A stretch of DNA of 64,000 nt from Candidatus Anderseniibacteriota bacterium (lineage in GTDB: Bacteria; Patescibacteriota; Andersenbacteria; UBA10190), in assembly GCA_016197005.1 (NCBI GenBank), contig JACPWO010000001.1, forward strand, positions 153,134 through 217,133, given 5' to 3'. The notes beneath the pieces were generated by a model. The model worked only from the letters and a program-made list of their open reading frames with translations. It did no database searches and was not told the DNA's origin. Shown one piece after another: positions 27,338 to 36,669 of the stretch. The position numbers were made by a program, and so were the translations under genes. Each line of letters begins with the position of its first letter. The first letter of the stretch is position 1.

Positions 27338-27411
27338 GCGGGATTAGTACAGTGGTAGTACGCTAGCTTCCCAAGCTAGATGCACGGGTTCAATTCCCGT
27401 ATCCCGCTCCA
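27338..27411 (+). tRNA. tRNA-Gly (anticodon CCC), with an encoded CCA.
   Basis: GCGGGAT...CTAGC-TTCCCAA-GCTAG...ATCCCGC-T-CCA. Confidence 0.85.
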
Positions 27412-27435
27412 CCCATTATTTGCTATTGACAAGGA

Positions 27436-27465
27436 TAGATAACTTGTGCTATAATAGAACTGTAG
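27436..27465 (+). promoter_or_regulatory. Sigma-70-like promoter: TTGACA, an 18-nt spacer, then TATAAT.
   Basis: ttgaca-aggatagataacttgtgc-tataat lies upstream of a small gene that has the SD AAGGAGG. Confidence 0.5.
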
Positions 27466-27530
27466 GCGTCGTGCCTGCATTTTTGTCCCGAGCTCGCAGA
27501 GCGAGCTTTTAACAAAGCAAGGAGGCTGAA

Positions 27531-27710
27531 ATGAGAGGCTCTTGGAAGAGTATTGCACTTACGCTCGTCCTGGCAGCAATTGGAGTGGGGACATTTGCAT
27601 GGGGATACGAACTAATCCTCAATGATCGCGAGCTCCATCTGCTCATTCCTATTGAGCTTCTGTCCTTGGGAAGTTGGATAAGCTTCGCCTGGACAGTGAC
27701 AAAACCGTAA
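27531..27710 (+). CDS. Small membrane protein (59 aa): MRGSWKSIALTLVLAAIGVGTFAWGYELILNDRELHLLIPIELLSLGSWISFAWTVTKP. It is not in the ORF track.
   Basis: It has a consensus promoter, AAGGAGG 7 nt before the ATG, and a downstream terminator. Two hydrophobic segments are predicted. Confidence 0.5.
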   Translation: MRGSWKSIALTLVLAAIGVGTFAWGYELILNDRELHLLIPIELLSLGSWISFAWTVTKP

Positions 27711-27721
27711 AAACTTCAACG

Positions 27722-27757
27722 ACACGGGTACCCACAAGGTCCCGTGTTTCTTTTTGT
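27722..27757 (+). terminator. Rho-independent terminator
   Basis: The hairpin acacggg...cccgtgt is followed by TTCTTTTTGT. Confidence 0.5.
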
Positions 27758-27814
27758 ACAATCCAACCCGCCCAGGAGTCCTTTTTATATACCGTTGCAG
27801 GAAAAACAAAGTAA

Positions 27815-29035
27815 TTGCACTCTTATATCGATATGCAAAACAATTTTTTCTCAACAATTATTGTCGGTGCTTTAGCCGGCCTGGTTGTAAGTTTAATCGT
27901 TGTGAGAACAGATGGCTTTCGTCAGCCTATCTCTATAGAAACGAATCAGAACACTTCAGGAGAAGCTCTACCTGAGAGTGCACAGCGCAGTACTCACGAA
28001 CGCAGTGTTATTGAAGCGGTAAAAACAGCTGAACCAGCAGTTGTTTCCATTGTTATTACCCAAGATGTTCCAATCGTTGAACAGTATTTCGAAAATGTAC
28101 CTTCGCCTTTTAATAACTTCTTTGGCTTTCCATCCCTTCAGGTACCACGGCTACGCGAGAAGGGAACACAGGAACAAGAAATAGGTGGAGGTTCTGGATT
28201 TCTCATATCTGCTGACGGCATGATTGTGACGAATCGGCACGTAGTTGATCAAACCGAGGCTAGTTACACTGTCTTTTTAAGTGATGGCACAAAACATGAA
28301 GCAACGGTGACTGCTCGAGATCCCGTAAGTGACATTGCTATTATGAAAATAGAGGGAAGTAACTTACCGCACTTAGAATTCAGTGACTCGAGTCATCTAG
28401 TTGTTGGACAAACTGTGATTGCTATTGGAAATGCGTTGGCTGAATTTCAAAATACCGTTTCGGTTGGGGTAGTGTCAGGCCTGGCTCGATCAATTGAAGC
28501 AGGAGATGGCCTAGGACAAACCGAACAACTTGATGAGGTTATTCAAACGGATGCCGCAATTAATCCTGGTAACTCTGGTGGACCTCTTCTCGATCTTACC
28601 GGGAAAGTGATTGGGGTAAATGTGGCTATGGCCCTGGGATCAGAAAACATTGGTTTTGCTATACCCGCCAACTCAGTAAAATCTATTGTCGATTCAGTCC
28701 AAGAAACCGGTAAAATTTCGCGGCCATATATTGGTGTCCGGTATGTAGCGGTAACTCCGGCAGTAAAAGAAGAAAATAACTTATCGGTTGATTCCGGTGT
28801 CGTCATCGCCGGCGGGGACGGCGAGCCAGGAATTGTCCCGAATTCTCCTGCCGCCAAAGCAGGACTCACAGAAGGGGATGTCATCTTAGAAGTAGATGGG
28901 CAGGCAATTACGCTGAGTCGCTCACTAGCCACCATCATCCGTCAAAAAAAAGTAGGCGATAGTGTTTCCCTGAAGGTTTTGAGTAACAAGCAGGAAAAGA
29001 ACGTGCAAGTAACACTAGAGGAGTTTCCGGAATAA
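27815..29035 (+). CDS. htrA: HtrA/DegP-family serine protease with a PDZ domain.
   Basis: GSGFLISADGMIVTNRHVV carries the His motif, GNSGGPLLDLTGKVIGVN carries the Ser motif, and the C-terminal PDZ reads GDVILEVDGQAI. The start may instead be the ATG at 27833. Confidence 0.85.
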   Translation: MHSYIDMQNNFFSTIIVGALAGLVVSLIVVRTDGFRQPISIETNQNTSGEALPESAQRSTHERSVIEAVKTAEPAVVSIVITQDVPIVEQYFENVPSPFNNFFGFPSLQVPRLREKGTQEQEIGGGSGFLISADGMIVTNRHVVDQTEASYTVFLSDGTKHEATVTARDPVSDIAIMKIEGSNLPHLEFSDSSHLVVGQTVIAIGNALAEFQNTVSVGVVSGLARSIEAGDGLGQTEQLDEVIQTDAAINPGNSGGPLLDLTGKVIGVNVAMALGSENIGFAIPANSVKSIVDSVQETGKISRPYIGVRYVAVTPAVKEENNLSVDSGVVIAGGDGEPGIVPNSPAAKAGLTEGDVILEVDGQAITLSRSLATIIRQKKVGDSVSLKVLSNKQEKNVQVTLEEFPE

Positions 29036-29036
29036 T

Positions 29037-29297
29037 ATGCCACGTGATTCTTTTCGGGATCGGGTACTACGTATTGTTCGAGGCATACCCAAAGGACACG
29101 TGATGACTTACAAAGATGTGGCAAAGGCCGCTGGCAGTCCAGGGGCTGCTCGTGCTGTTGGTAGTGTTATGAAGAGTAATTTTGATCCTTCAATTCCATG
29201 TCATAGGGTTATTCGATCTGACGGAACAGTCGGAGAGTATAACCGCGGAAGAAGTAGAAAACGAGAGCTGCTGAAAAAAGAAAAAGCATTGGCATAA
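29037..29297 (+). CDS. MGMT-family methylated-DNA-protein-cysteine methyltransferase DNA-binding domain protein (stand-alone, 86 aa).
   Basis: The PCHRVI active-site motif and the wHTH YKDVAKAAGSPGAARAVGSVM are present. Confidence 0.7.
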   Translation: MPRDSFRDRVLRIVRGIPKGHVMTYKDVAKAAGSPGAARAVGSVMKSNFDPSIPCHRVIRSDGTVGEYNRGRSRKRELLKKEKALA

Positions 29298-29323
29298 AAA
29301 ATGCCCAACACCTGGTGTTGGGC
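29296..29323 (-). terminator. Terminator for the minus-strand gene 29340..29621.
   Basis: The hairpin gcccaacacc-tgg-tgttgggc has an A-run on the plus strand, which is a T-run on the minus strand. Confidence 0.4.
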
Positions 29324-29339
29324 GGAAATGAGCGGGAAT

Positions 29340-29621
29340 CTATTGGTGATTGACAGCATCGACGGCCATTGCGAAGCACGCATAGCGGAAATTTTCGATT
29401 GACCACCCCTGAACTGCTAAGTGACCGCGTGCAGCCATTTCCGTCATGTTGCGGTACTCCCGAAGAAGTAGATCGGTTGCCCGTATGCGAGCGCCCAAGT
29501 ACATCTCCGCGATGTCTGCGTGACTGGACTTTCGCTCAGCAATCTCTATTGCAAGATCTCTTGCTGTCCGACAATACAGATCCGCCAATGAATGAGTTAA
29601 ACTGTCGTTCAAATGGAGCAC
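29340..29621 (-). CDS. Hypothetical protein (93 aa)
   Basis: A terminator lies downstream. I do not recognise the family. Confidence 0.3.
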   Translation of the reverse strand: MLHLNDSLTHSLADLYCRTARDLAIEIAERKSSHADIAEMYLGARIRATDLLLREYRNMTEMAARGHLAVQGWSIENFRYACFAMAVDAVNHQ

Positions 29622-29881
29622 TGATGCCTCCGTGCACGAAGTGATGTGTTAAAGATCCTCTCATGGGAACCATTCCCACCCTCTATTATCTTAAAATATT
29701 TAGTCTTGTCAAAAATTCCTGACAAAAGTGGCACTTGTGAAAGCTGCTAAGTAAATAGCTTGACCCTTCGAAATGTCTTGTTTGCCAAAAAGAAACATCT
29801 CGCCCAGGATAAGGGAAATGGCAGAATAAACGGGGCTTTAAGTAAACGGTACAAAGAAGCCAAAATATTTGTTAAAACCAG

Positions 29882-29952
29882 GCCGGAGTAGCTCAGTGGC
29901 AGAGCAATGCTTTCGTAAAGCAGAGATATGGGTTCGATTCCCGTCTTCGGCT
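29882..29952 (+). tRNA. tRNA-Thr (anticodon CGT)
   Basis: The acceptor is GCCGGAG/CTTCGGC with one G-T pair. The D-arm is TAGCTCAGTGGCAGAGCA, the anticodon loop is TTCGTAA, and the T-arm is ATGGG-TTCGATT-CCCGT. Confidence 0.75.
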
Positions 29953-29975
29953 CACATTCGCGCTATTATATACAT

Positions 29976-31053
29976 ATGCAATCAACCACAGAACATATGA
30001 GGGATCTAACTCGGCGACTAGAACAACTAGTCGACCGTCTTTGACGTTGCGACTCTTACCCAGAAAGAAAAGGAGCTTTCTACTAAACAACAAGCGCCAG
30101 ATTTTTGGAATGACCGAGTAAGTGCTGAAGCACTATCTCGAGAACTAGCAGATATTCAATCTGACCTGAGATTCATTGAAGAAACACAGAAAAAGATTGC
30201 CGACAGCCAAGAACTTTTGACACTAGCAGAAGCAGATAAAGACGAAGCGGCTCAAACCGACGTATCTCGAGAGTTGAGCGAGATAGAGAAAAGTATGGCG
30301 GCAAAAGAACAGCAATTGCGATTCAACGAGCCGTATGACAAACATGACGCTATTATCACTATCCAGGCTGGTGCCGGCGGAACTGACGCGCAAGATTGGG
30401 CGCAGATGCTAGAGCGCATGTATTTACGATTCGCTGAGAATAACAATTGGAAAACTATTATGTATGACCGATCAGCCGCCGAAGAAGCTGGTATAAAATC
30501 GGTTTCTTTTGAAGTTAGAGGAAAGTATGCCTATGGAATTCTTCGCAATGAGCACGGTATTCACCGATTAGTGAGGCAATCACCCTTCAACGCTGACCAT
30601 TTGCGGCAAACTTCTTTTGCTCGGGTAGAAGTAGTACCAAAACTGCCGCCGGCTGAAATGCCTGAGATTGATCCAGAAGACTTAGAGATTAATACCTTTC
30701 GCGCTTCAGGCGCCGGTGGTCAACATGTGAATAAAACAAGCTCGGCTGTCCGGATTACGCATAAACCAACCGGCATTGTGGTACAAAGTCAGGCCCAGCG
30801 CTCACAAGGACAAAATAAGGCACAGGCCATGGCTCACTTATCTGCCAAGCTTCAAATCCTTGTTCAAGAGCAACATGCCTCCCACATCAAAGAACTCAAA
30901 GGAGAGCGTAAAGAAGCGGCCTGGGGTAACCAAATCCGCTCGTACGTACTTCACCCATACAAGCTCGTGAAAGATCATCGCACCAACATTGAGGCAAGTG
31001 ATGTTGAGGGAGTCTTAAACGGCAATCTGGATCCATTTCTTCATGTGGTATAA
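29976..31053 (+). CDS. prfB: Peptide chain release factor 2 with a programmed +1 frameshift. Frame 0 runs 29976..30041, then the +1 frame runs 30043..31053.
   Basis: Frame 0 reads [22 protein letters not shown] and ends at the in-frame TGA inside the canonical CTT TGA C shift site (30039-30045). The +1 frame continues ...[16 protein letters not shown]... through the GGQ motif [19 protein letters not shown]. Confidence 0.85.
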
Positions 31054-31075
31054 TTGAAAAGCTTTACATGGCCCA

Positions 31076-31756
31076 ATGATCAGCTTTTCAAACGTTTCCA
31101 AGCTATATAGCGAAGACGGCGCAGCATTGCGCTCTGTTACGCTGAAAATTCCCACGGGAGACTTTGTTTCTATTGTCGGACAATCCGGGGCAGGGAAGTC
31201 TACATTACTCAAGCTCTTATCCGCTGAAGAGCGTCCAAGTGAAGGCAGCATCATTATTGATGGCTGGGATATCACTCAAATCAAAAAATGGCAGGTGCCA
31301 TATCTCCGGCGCCAAGTTGGTGTTATCTTCCAGGATTTTAAGCTATTACCGAAACGGACTGCTTTTGAAAACGTCGCTTTTGCGATGGAAGTAGGTGGAG
31401 CGAAGACGAAGGAAATTCGCGACAGCGTCCCCCAGATTTTGAAACTAGTAAATCTTTTGGAAAAGGCAGAAATGTATCCAAATGAAATGTCTGGTGGAGA
31501 GCGCCAACGAGTATCCATTGCCCGAGCTCTGGCCTACAAACCACAAATTCTTTTAGCCGATGAGCCGACCGGGAACCTTGATGCTCTACATTCCTGGGAT
31601 ATTGTGCAATTGCTCATTAAGATAAATAAACTTGGGACTACGGTTCTACTGGCAACGCACAATGATGACGTCGTAAATGCGTTAAAGAAACGAGTAGTGA
31701 CGCTTAGCAAAGGTCAGGTTGTATCTGATCAAGAAGCTGGAACGTATAAACTATGA
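31076..31756 (+). CDS. ftsE: Cell division ATP-binding protein FtsE
   Basis: IVGQSGAGKSTLLKLL is the Walker A motif, MSGGERQRVSIARAL is the ABC signature, and LLADEPTGNLD is the Walker B motif. ftsX is adjacent. Confidence 0.85.
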   Translation: MISFSNVSKLYSEDGAALRSVTLKIPTGDFVSIVGQSGAGKSTLLKLLSAEERPSEGSIIIDGWDITQIKKWQVPYLRRQVGVIFQDFKLLPKRTAFENVAFAMEVGGAKTKEIRDSVPQILKLVNLLEKAEMYPNEMSGGERQRVSIARALAYKPQILLADEPTGNLDALHSWDIVQLLIKINKLGTTVLLATHNDDVVNALKKRVVTLSKGQVVSDQEAGTYKL

Positions 31757-32682
31757 CCATGATAAAGACATCTTCTTGGAGAATCCTTCGCAATGCGCTG
31801 CAAAACTTTCAGCGCAACATTTGGCTGTCTCTAGCAACAACAATCATTATGACTCTCACGCTCATCATGACGAGCTTTTTGTATTTCTTAAACGTTTTGG
31901 GTAGCGAAGTGCTTAACACCATCGAAGAAAAAGTGGATCTGTCCGCTACTTTTAAAGACGACATTGCCGAAGATCAAATCTCAATCATTGCGGAAGACAT
32001 CCGCTCTCGTGCTGATGTACAAGAAGCACGTGTTGTTACGAGTGAGCAGGCTTTAGAAGATTTCCGCGCTCGACATGCGGATGACCCCTTTATTGAAGAA
32101 TCTCTGCGGGAGCTAGAAAAGAACCCACTTCCATCCACCCTTTTTATTATCGCGGCTGATCCACGACAGTATCAAACGATTGCCTCGGAGCTCGAAACTG
32201 AACGCTATGAACCATTTATTGAAAGTGTGAACTTTGAAAATTCTCGCACTGTTATCGAGCGTCTTATCGCCGTTATGTCAGGTGTTCGTAACATTGGTCT
32301 CGTTACAACCGTAGTACTGGCTTCACTCGTTATCATGATTATGTTTAATACGATTCGTCTGGCTATTTACAGCTTCCGGGAAGAAATAGATATTATGCGA
32401 TTAGTAGGTGCCTCCAATTGGTTTATTCGTGGTCCCTTTATTATTGAAGCTGTAATGGTGGCGCTTCTCAGCGTCATTGTGAGCACCTTCGTATTGTATC
32501 CCGTCCTCGAAACAATAAACCCTGAAGTACAGCGTTTCTTCTTTAGCGGTCAGGCCGAGCCCTTCAGTATTTATTCTTACGCTTTATCTCATTGGACAAC
32601 GGTTATTGGTCTTGAGGCTCTCCTCGCTGTTGGTCTGGCTGTATTTAGCAGTCTCGTCGCTATTCGTCGCTATTTGCGTTAG
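31753..32682 (+). CDS. ftsX: Cell division permease FtsX
   Basis: It overlaps ftsE by 4 nt. It has one N-terminal TM helix, a periplasmic loop, and three C-terminal TM helices. Confidence 0.8.
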   Translation: MTMIKTSSWRILRNALQNFQRNIWLSLATTIIMTLTLIMTSFLYFLNVLGSEVLNTIEEKVDLSATFKDDIAEDQISIIAEDIRSRADVQEARVVTSEQALEDFRARHADDPFIEESLRELEKNPLPSTLFIIAADPRQYQTIASELETERYEPFIESVNFENSRTVIERLIAVMSGVRNIGLVTTVVLASLVIMIMFNTIRLAIYSFREEIDIMRLVGASNWFIRGPFIIEAVMVALLSVIVSTFVLYPVLETINPEVQRFFFSGQAEPFSIYSYALSHWTTVIGLEALLAVGLAVFSSLVAIRRYLR

Positions 32683-33629
32683 AGCGCTCGCAATATCTCT
32701 GAGAGAGTAACTGGGTGTTCTTCAATTTTGATGAGCGCGGCTTGAGAAATGTGGTCATAAAGAGTTGGGAGATACCGAGAGGACTTCACCACTATTTGCA
32801 GTTTCTGCCCTTCAAATTGATCGGTAGGAATGAGACGAACTTCTACTATTCCCGGCAGCCGGCGCAGTGATCGTAGAACGTCATACCGCAGACTTTCTAC
32901 CCATGCGTACACCGTGCGTTCGCAACCAGCGGCCAATGCCAGCGCATCACGATCGCCAAAGTGAGCAATGGTACCGTTATGTAAAAGCATAAGCGGCATA
33001 TTAAGTGCTTCCGCATCAATAATAGAGCGAGTAGCCAGGAGAACAGTGCGGTCTCGCAGTACTCCATCTAATAGTTGTTTCACTGCCAGTGCACCTAGTT
33101 GGTCAACTACGTCATCAAGTAATAGCAGAGGAGCGGGTGACATAACGGCGCGGGCAATATTTAGTCGCAGTCGTTCCGTCGTAGATAAAATTTCTACTTT
33201 CTTTGTAAGCATGCCGGTAAGTCCCACTTGCTCCGCGATAGCCCCAACTCGAGCGGGTACTCCAGACAAGCTATGACTTATTCCGTAGGCATGGAGTGCA
33301 GCGTGGACAGTATCTCCGCCTGGCTCGCTTTCTTCAACCGACACATATCCCGCGGCCATACCCGGTGCTTCATGTGGAGGTTTTCCGTTTATGAATATTT
33401 TACCGCGAGACGGTGCGAGTGTTCCGGCGAGTGTACGGAGAAGCGTAGATTTTCCTGAACCGGCTCCACCAAAAATGACTACTTGCTGACCAGCGGTTAG
33501 CTGAAAACTTACATCGCGCAAGACAGAGTATGGCTGTGACGTCCGTCCAGTTAACCGGGCAAGAATAGAAGTGGGGGACGCAAGATCAACAAAGACGTGA
33601 CGCACGTCAACGAAGGATGTGGCGCTCAT
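32679..33629 (-). CDS. ABC-type ATPase-like protein with a degenerate signature and Walker B, plus a C-terminal extra domain of about 110 aa.
   Basis: IFGGAGSGKSTLLRTLAG is the Walker A motif. LSTTERLRLNIARAV is a degenerate version of LSGGQ. LLLLDDV is a Walker B motif with D in place of E. Confidence 0.55.
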   Translation of the reverse strand: MSATSFVDVRHVFVDLASPTSILARLTGRTSQPYSVLRDVSFQLTAGQQVVIFGGAGSGKSTLLRTLAGTLAPSRGKIFINGKPPHEAPGMAAGYVSVEESEPGGDTVHAALHAYGISHSLSGVPARVGAIAEQVGLTGMLTKKVEILSTTERLRLNIARAVMSPAPLLLLDDVVDQLGALAVKQLLDGVLRDRTVLLATRSIIDAEALNMPLMLLHNGTIAHFGDRDALALAAGCERTVYAWVESLRYDVLRSLRRLPGIVEVRLIPTDQFEGQKLQIVVKSSRYLPTLYDHISQAALIKIEEHPVTLSEILRAL

Positions 33630-33662
33630 GCAGGCCAGTATATCATCCCGTGTATTTGAGAG

Positions 33663-34163
33663 CTACGAGATGCGCGCTTGTTTCAGCTCCTTAAGGGCTC
33701 GCTCTTTGTTTCTAAAGCCAAGAACTTCAATTTTCTTTTGTTTTTCGCGGGCTAAATCAATAAAAAGTTGTTCTAGGCGTTCTCGGTACTCAGCCGGCAA
33801 GTCTGGCAAATCATGAAAGGCGGCCTGCGTTTGATCAGCCGCTGGAATTGTGAGGAGTTTATTATCTACCTCGCCTCGATCAAGGAGTTCAATCATCCCA
33901 ACCGCTCGTACAGGAACAACGGTTCCTGATTCGATAGCGGAATTAGAAAATACCACCGCATCAAGAGCATCGCCATCACCACCACGCGTCTGTGGCACGT
34001 AGCCGTAGTTGTATGGCCAACGAAAGGTTTCACTAAAGACGAAATCTAAAATAATTTTATCTTGTGCTTCATCATACTCATACTTATTGCGACTACCATC
34101 TGGAATTTCTATGACAACATTAAAGACGTCGAAGGTGCCAAATGGGATATTTTTAAAACTCAT
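33663..34163 (-). CDS. ppa: Inorganic pyrophosphatase (family I)
   Basis: VVIEIPDGSRNKYEYD and GGDGDALDAVV are signature segments. Confidence 0.85.
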   Translation of the reverse strand: MSFKNIPFGTFDVFNVVIEIPDGSRNKYEYDEAQDKIILDFVFSETFRWPYNYGYVPQTRGGDGDALDAVVFSNSAIESGTVVPVRAVGMIELLDRGEVDNKLLTIPAADQTQAAFHDLPDLPAEYRERLEQLFIDLAREKQKKIEVLGFRNKERALKELKQARIS

Positions 34164-34245
34164 TGTTGAAGCTTACGTGTATATATTTCAAAGCACCACT
34201 CCTATAAGAAAAACCAATGCCATCGCTGTTTTTAAATTTTACTAG

Positions 34246-34317
34246 TTCCCGAGTAGGGATTCGAACCCCAATTTCCAGGTTCAGAGCCTGGCGTCCTGCC
34301 GTTAGACGACCCGGGAA
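34246..34317 (-). tRNA. tRNA-Gln (anticodon CTG)
   Basis: The reverse complement is TCCCGGGTCGTCTAACGGCAGGAC-G-CCAGG-CTCTGAA-CCTGG-...GGGGTTCGAATCCCT.... Its 5' half is identical to the tRNA-Gln(TTG) at 9287..9358. Confidence 0.8.
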
Positions 34318-34373
34318 TGTACCTGGGTTATACCTTTTTTGTACTTGCCTCGCAAATGCGGTAAGGTAAAAAA

Positions 34374-34637
34374 ATGACGGAGAACGAGCTAGAAAAAATA
34401 CTTGCACGCCAAGCCGATAGAGTTGCTAAAGAATCTAATGAACGGATGGAGCAGTATGTTGGTGCAATAAAGGAAGATTTTGATCACAAGTTAGATGCAA
34501 TATTGGAAATACTGCCTAATATCCAACGAAAAGTGGATATTACGTTCGATAAGGGTGGAGAAATGGTACCGGATGTTGAGCTGACAAAGGGGATTGTTCA
34601 AAACCACGAGACCAGAATTAGAGCACTGGAAGGATAA
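34374..34637 (+). CDS. Hypothetical protein (87 aa)
   Basis: ORF only. Confidence 0.35.
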   Translation: MTENELEKILARQADRVAKESNERMEQYVGAIKEDFDHKLDAILEILPNIQRKVDITFDKGGEMVPDVELTKGIVQNHETRIRALEG

Positions 34638-34653
34638 ATCACGCATTGGAGAA

Positions 34654-35181
34654 ATGATAAAAATAATACTCAGTATCCTCGTACTGATCGGTATAACCAT
34701 CGGCTTTTTTCATTGGCAGAGTAAGCAGAAAGAAGCTGACATTACCACCTTTGAAGAATGTGGTGCCGCCGGATACCCAATCATGGAGAGCTATCCAGCG
34801 CAGTGTCGTACCGCTGATGGTAAACATTTCGTGCAAGATATTGGGAATGAACTAGAAAAACAAGATCTTATCCAACTATCTGACCCCCGTCCCGGACAAA
34901 CAATTACGCATACAGTACATGTCACCGGACAAGCACGTGGTACGTGGTTTTTTGAAGCTTCTTTTCCCGTTCACCTGCAAGACAGTCAAGGGAATACACT
35001 AGTAACGGCGGTCGCTCAGGCGGAAGGTGAATGGATGACTGAATCATTCGTGCCATTTTCTACTACGCTAACTATTCCACCCTCTTTTAGTGGAAAGGCG
35101 ACGTTAGTTTTAGAAAAAGATAACCCATCCGGCTTGCCAGAACACGCTGACGCCCTACGCGTACCGGTCATTGTTGAATAG
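34654..35181 (+). CDS. Secreted Gmad2 immunoglobulin-like domain protein
   Basis: GTWFFEASFPVHLQDSQGNTLVTAVAQAEGEWMTESFVPF...LEKDNPSGLPEHADALRVPV matches the Gmad2 pattern. An N-terminal signal/TM segment is present and GGAG lies before the ATG. Confidence 0.5.
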   Translation: MIKIILSILVLIGITIGFFHWQSKQKEADITTFEECGAAGYPIMESYPAQCRTADGKHFVQDIGNELEKQDLIQLSDPRPGQTITHTVHVTGQARGTWFFEASFPVHLQDSQGNTLVTAVAQAEGEWMTESFVPFSTTLTIPPSFSGKATLVLEKDNPSGLPEHADALRVPVIVE

Positions 35182-35183
35182 GC

Positions 35184-35819
35184 ATGAAGATTACGAAGAT
35201 TGGACATTGCTGCCTCCTTATTGAGGATCAAGGAAAAGTGATCATGACCGACCCCGGGGCGTGGTCAACCGCTCAAAATGAGGTGCACGGTGTAGATATT
35301 ATTTTAATTACCCACGAACATCCCGATCACTTTCACCTAGAATCCCTAAAAACAGTACTGGCGAATAATCCGCAAGCAGTTGTTATCACAAACAGTCGAG
35401 TTAAAGAGCTACTGGCTGAACAAAACATTCAAGCCACTGTCTTGGAAGACTTACAAAAGAAAAATATTGGAGATATAGAAATAGCTGGGTTTGGAACCGA
35501 ACATGCCACTATTTATTCCACGTTTCCGAATGTGATGAATACTGGCTACTTACTACAAAATCGCTTCTTTTACCCTGGTGATGCATTCACGAATCCGCAT
35601 ATCCCCATTGAAATTCTAGCAATGCCCATTATCGGTCCGTGGATGAAACTATCCGAAGCAATTAATTGGATAAAAGAGATACAGCCAACTGTCTGCTTTC
35701 CAGTACACGACGGTATGTTGCAACCACGAGAGTGGATATATAAAGGACCAACTACTATTTTAAAAGACAGCGGAATTACGTTTGAAGTTATTGAACCAGG
35801 AGTTTCTCGAAATTTCTAA
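35184..35819 (+). CDS. MBL-fold metallo-hydrolase
   Basis: ILITHEHPDHF is the HxHxDH motif. Confidence 0.75.
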   Translation: MKITKIGHCCLLIEDQGKVIMTDPGAWSTAQNEVHGVDIILITHEHPDHFHLESLKTVLANNPQAVVITNSRVKELLAEQNIQATVLEDLQKKNIGDIEIAGFGTEHATIYSTFPNVMNTGYLLQNRFFYPGDAFTNPHIPIEILAMPIIGPWMKLSEAINWIKEIQPTVCFPVHDGMLQPREWIYKGPTTILKDSGITFEVIEPGVSRNF

Positions 35820-35910
35820 TATCTCTCTAGTACTTCAAGGGTAGCTTTTTCTCTTAGGAAGGAGTTTAATAAAGCCATAAGCACTTTGATAAGTTTAGGA
35901 GGTGAGCGAT

Positions 35911-36153
35911 ATGAATAAAGGACTTCACGTAGTAGCATTTGCGCTGGTAATCATCGGCGGGCTTAACTGGCTTGCTGTTGGTCTCTTTGGATGGGACATT
36001 GGCCAAATCTTTGGTGGTATGGAAGCCATGGCATCGCGCGTCATCTACGTACTCGTCGGCGTCGCCGCTGTGTACCTCGCAGCTACTCACAAAAACGATT
36101 GTCGAGCTTGCGGAGGCAGCTCGATGGGTGGCGGAAACATGATGAACAAATAA
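35911..36153 (+). CDS. DUF378-like small membrane protein
   Basis: Two TM helices are predicted, with the segment GGLNWLAVGLFGWD. AGGAGG lies upstream. Confidence 0.5.
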   Translation: MNKGLHVVAFALVIIGGLNWLAVGLFGWDIGQIFGGMEAMASRVIYVLVGVAAVYLAATHKNDCRACGGSSMGGGNMMNK

Positions 36154-36216
36154 TCGAACGAGTAATTAAGAACATCACGCCTTGTATGCACAAGGCGTGA
36201 TTGTTATTGTGAAGCT

Positions 36217-36669
36217 ATGCACATATTTATCGCCGCGGATCATAATGGATTTGCTATGAAAAATGACTTAGCAGAATGGCTCAAAGCAGACGGGCACACA
36301 GTTGAAGACTTCGGCCCAGTCGAATTTAATAAGGATGACGATTATCCAGATTTCGGGATTAAGGTTGCGGAAGCAGTAGCTGAAGACCCAACTAATCGCT
36401 ACGGCATTCTATTATGTGGATCAGGCGTGGGGATGGCCGTAGGAGCCGATAAGGTACCTGGCATTCGTGCTGCCTTAATCCACGATCCGGCTATTGCCGC
36501 CGCCGCCCAGCGCGATGATGACATAAATGTTCTGGCTCTCGGCGCTCAGTATATTGATATCAATACCGCTAAAAAAATAATTACGAACTGGCTCACCACA
36601 CCCTTTTCCGAAGAGGAGCGACACAAGCGTCGGATTGGCAAGATTACACAATATGAAAAGTCACGCTGA
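36217..36669 (+). CDS. rpiB: Ribose-5-phosphate isomerase B
   Basis: IAADHNGFAMK and LLCGSGVGMAVGADKVPGIRAAL match RpiB/LacAB. Confidence 0.85.
   Translation: MHIFIAADHNGFAMKNDLAEWLKADGHTVEDFGPVEFNKDDDYPDFGIKVAEAVAEDPTNRYGILLCGSGVGMAVGADKVPGIRAALIHDPAIAAAAQRDDDINVLALGAQYIDINTAKKIITNWLTTPFSEEERHKRRIGKITQYEKSR

Noticed and set aside
29893-30093. Minus-strand 66-aa ORF overlapping tRNA-Thr and the prfB leader
   Set aside because: It overlaps a tRNA and the frameshift leader, and has no support.
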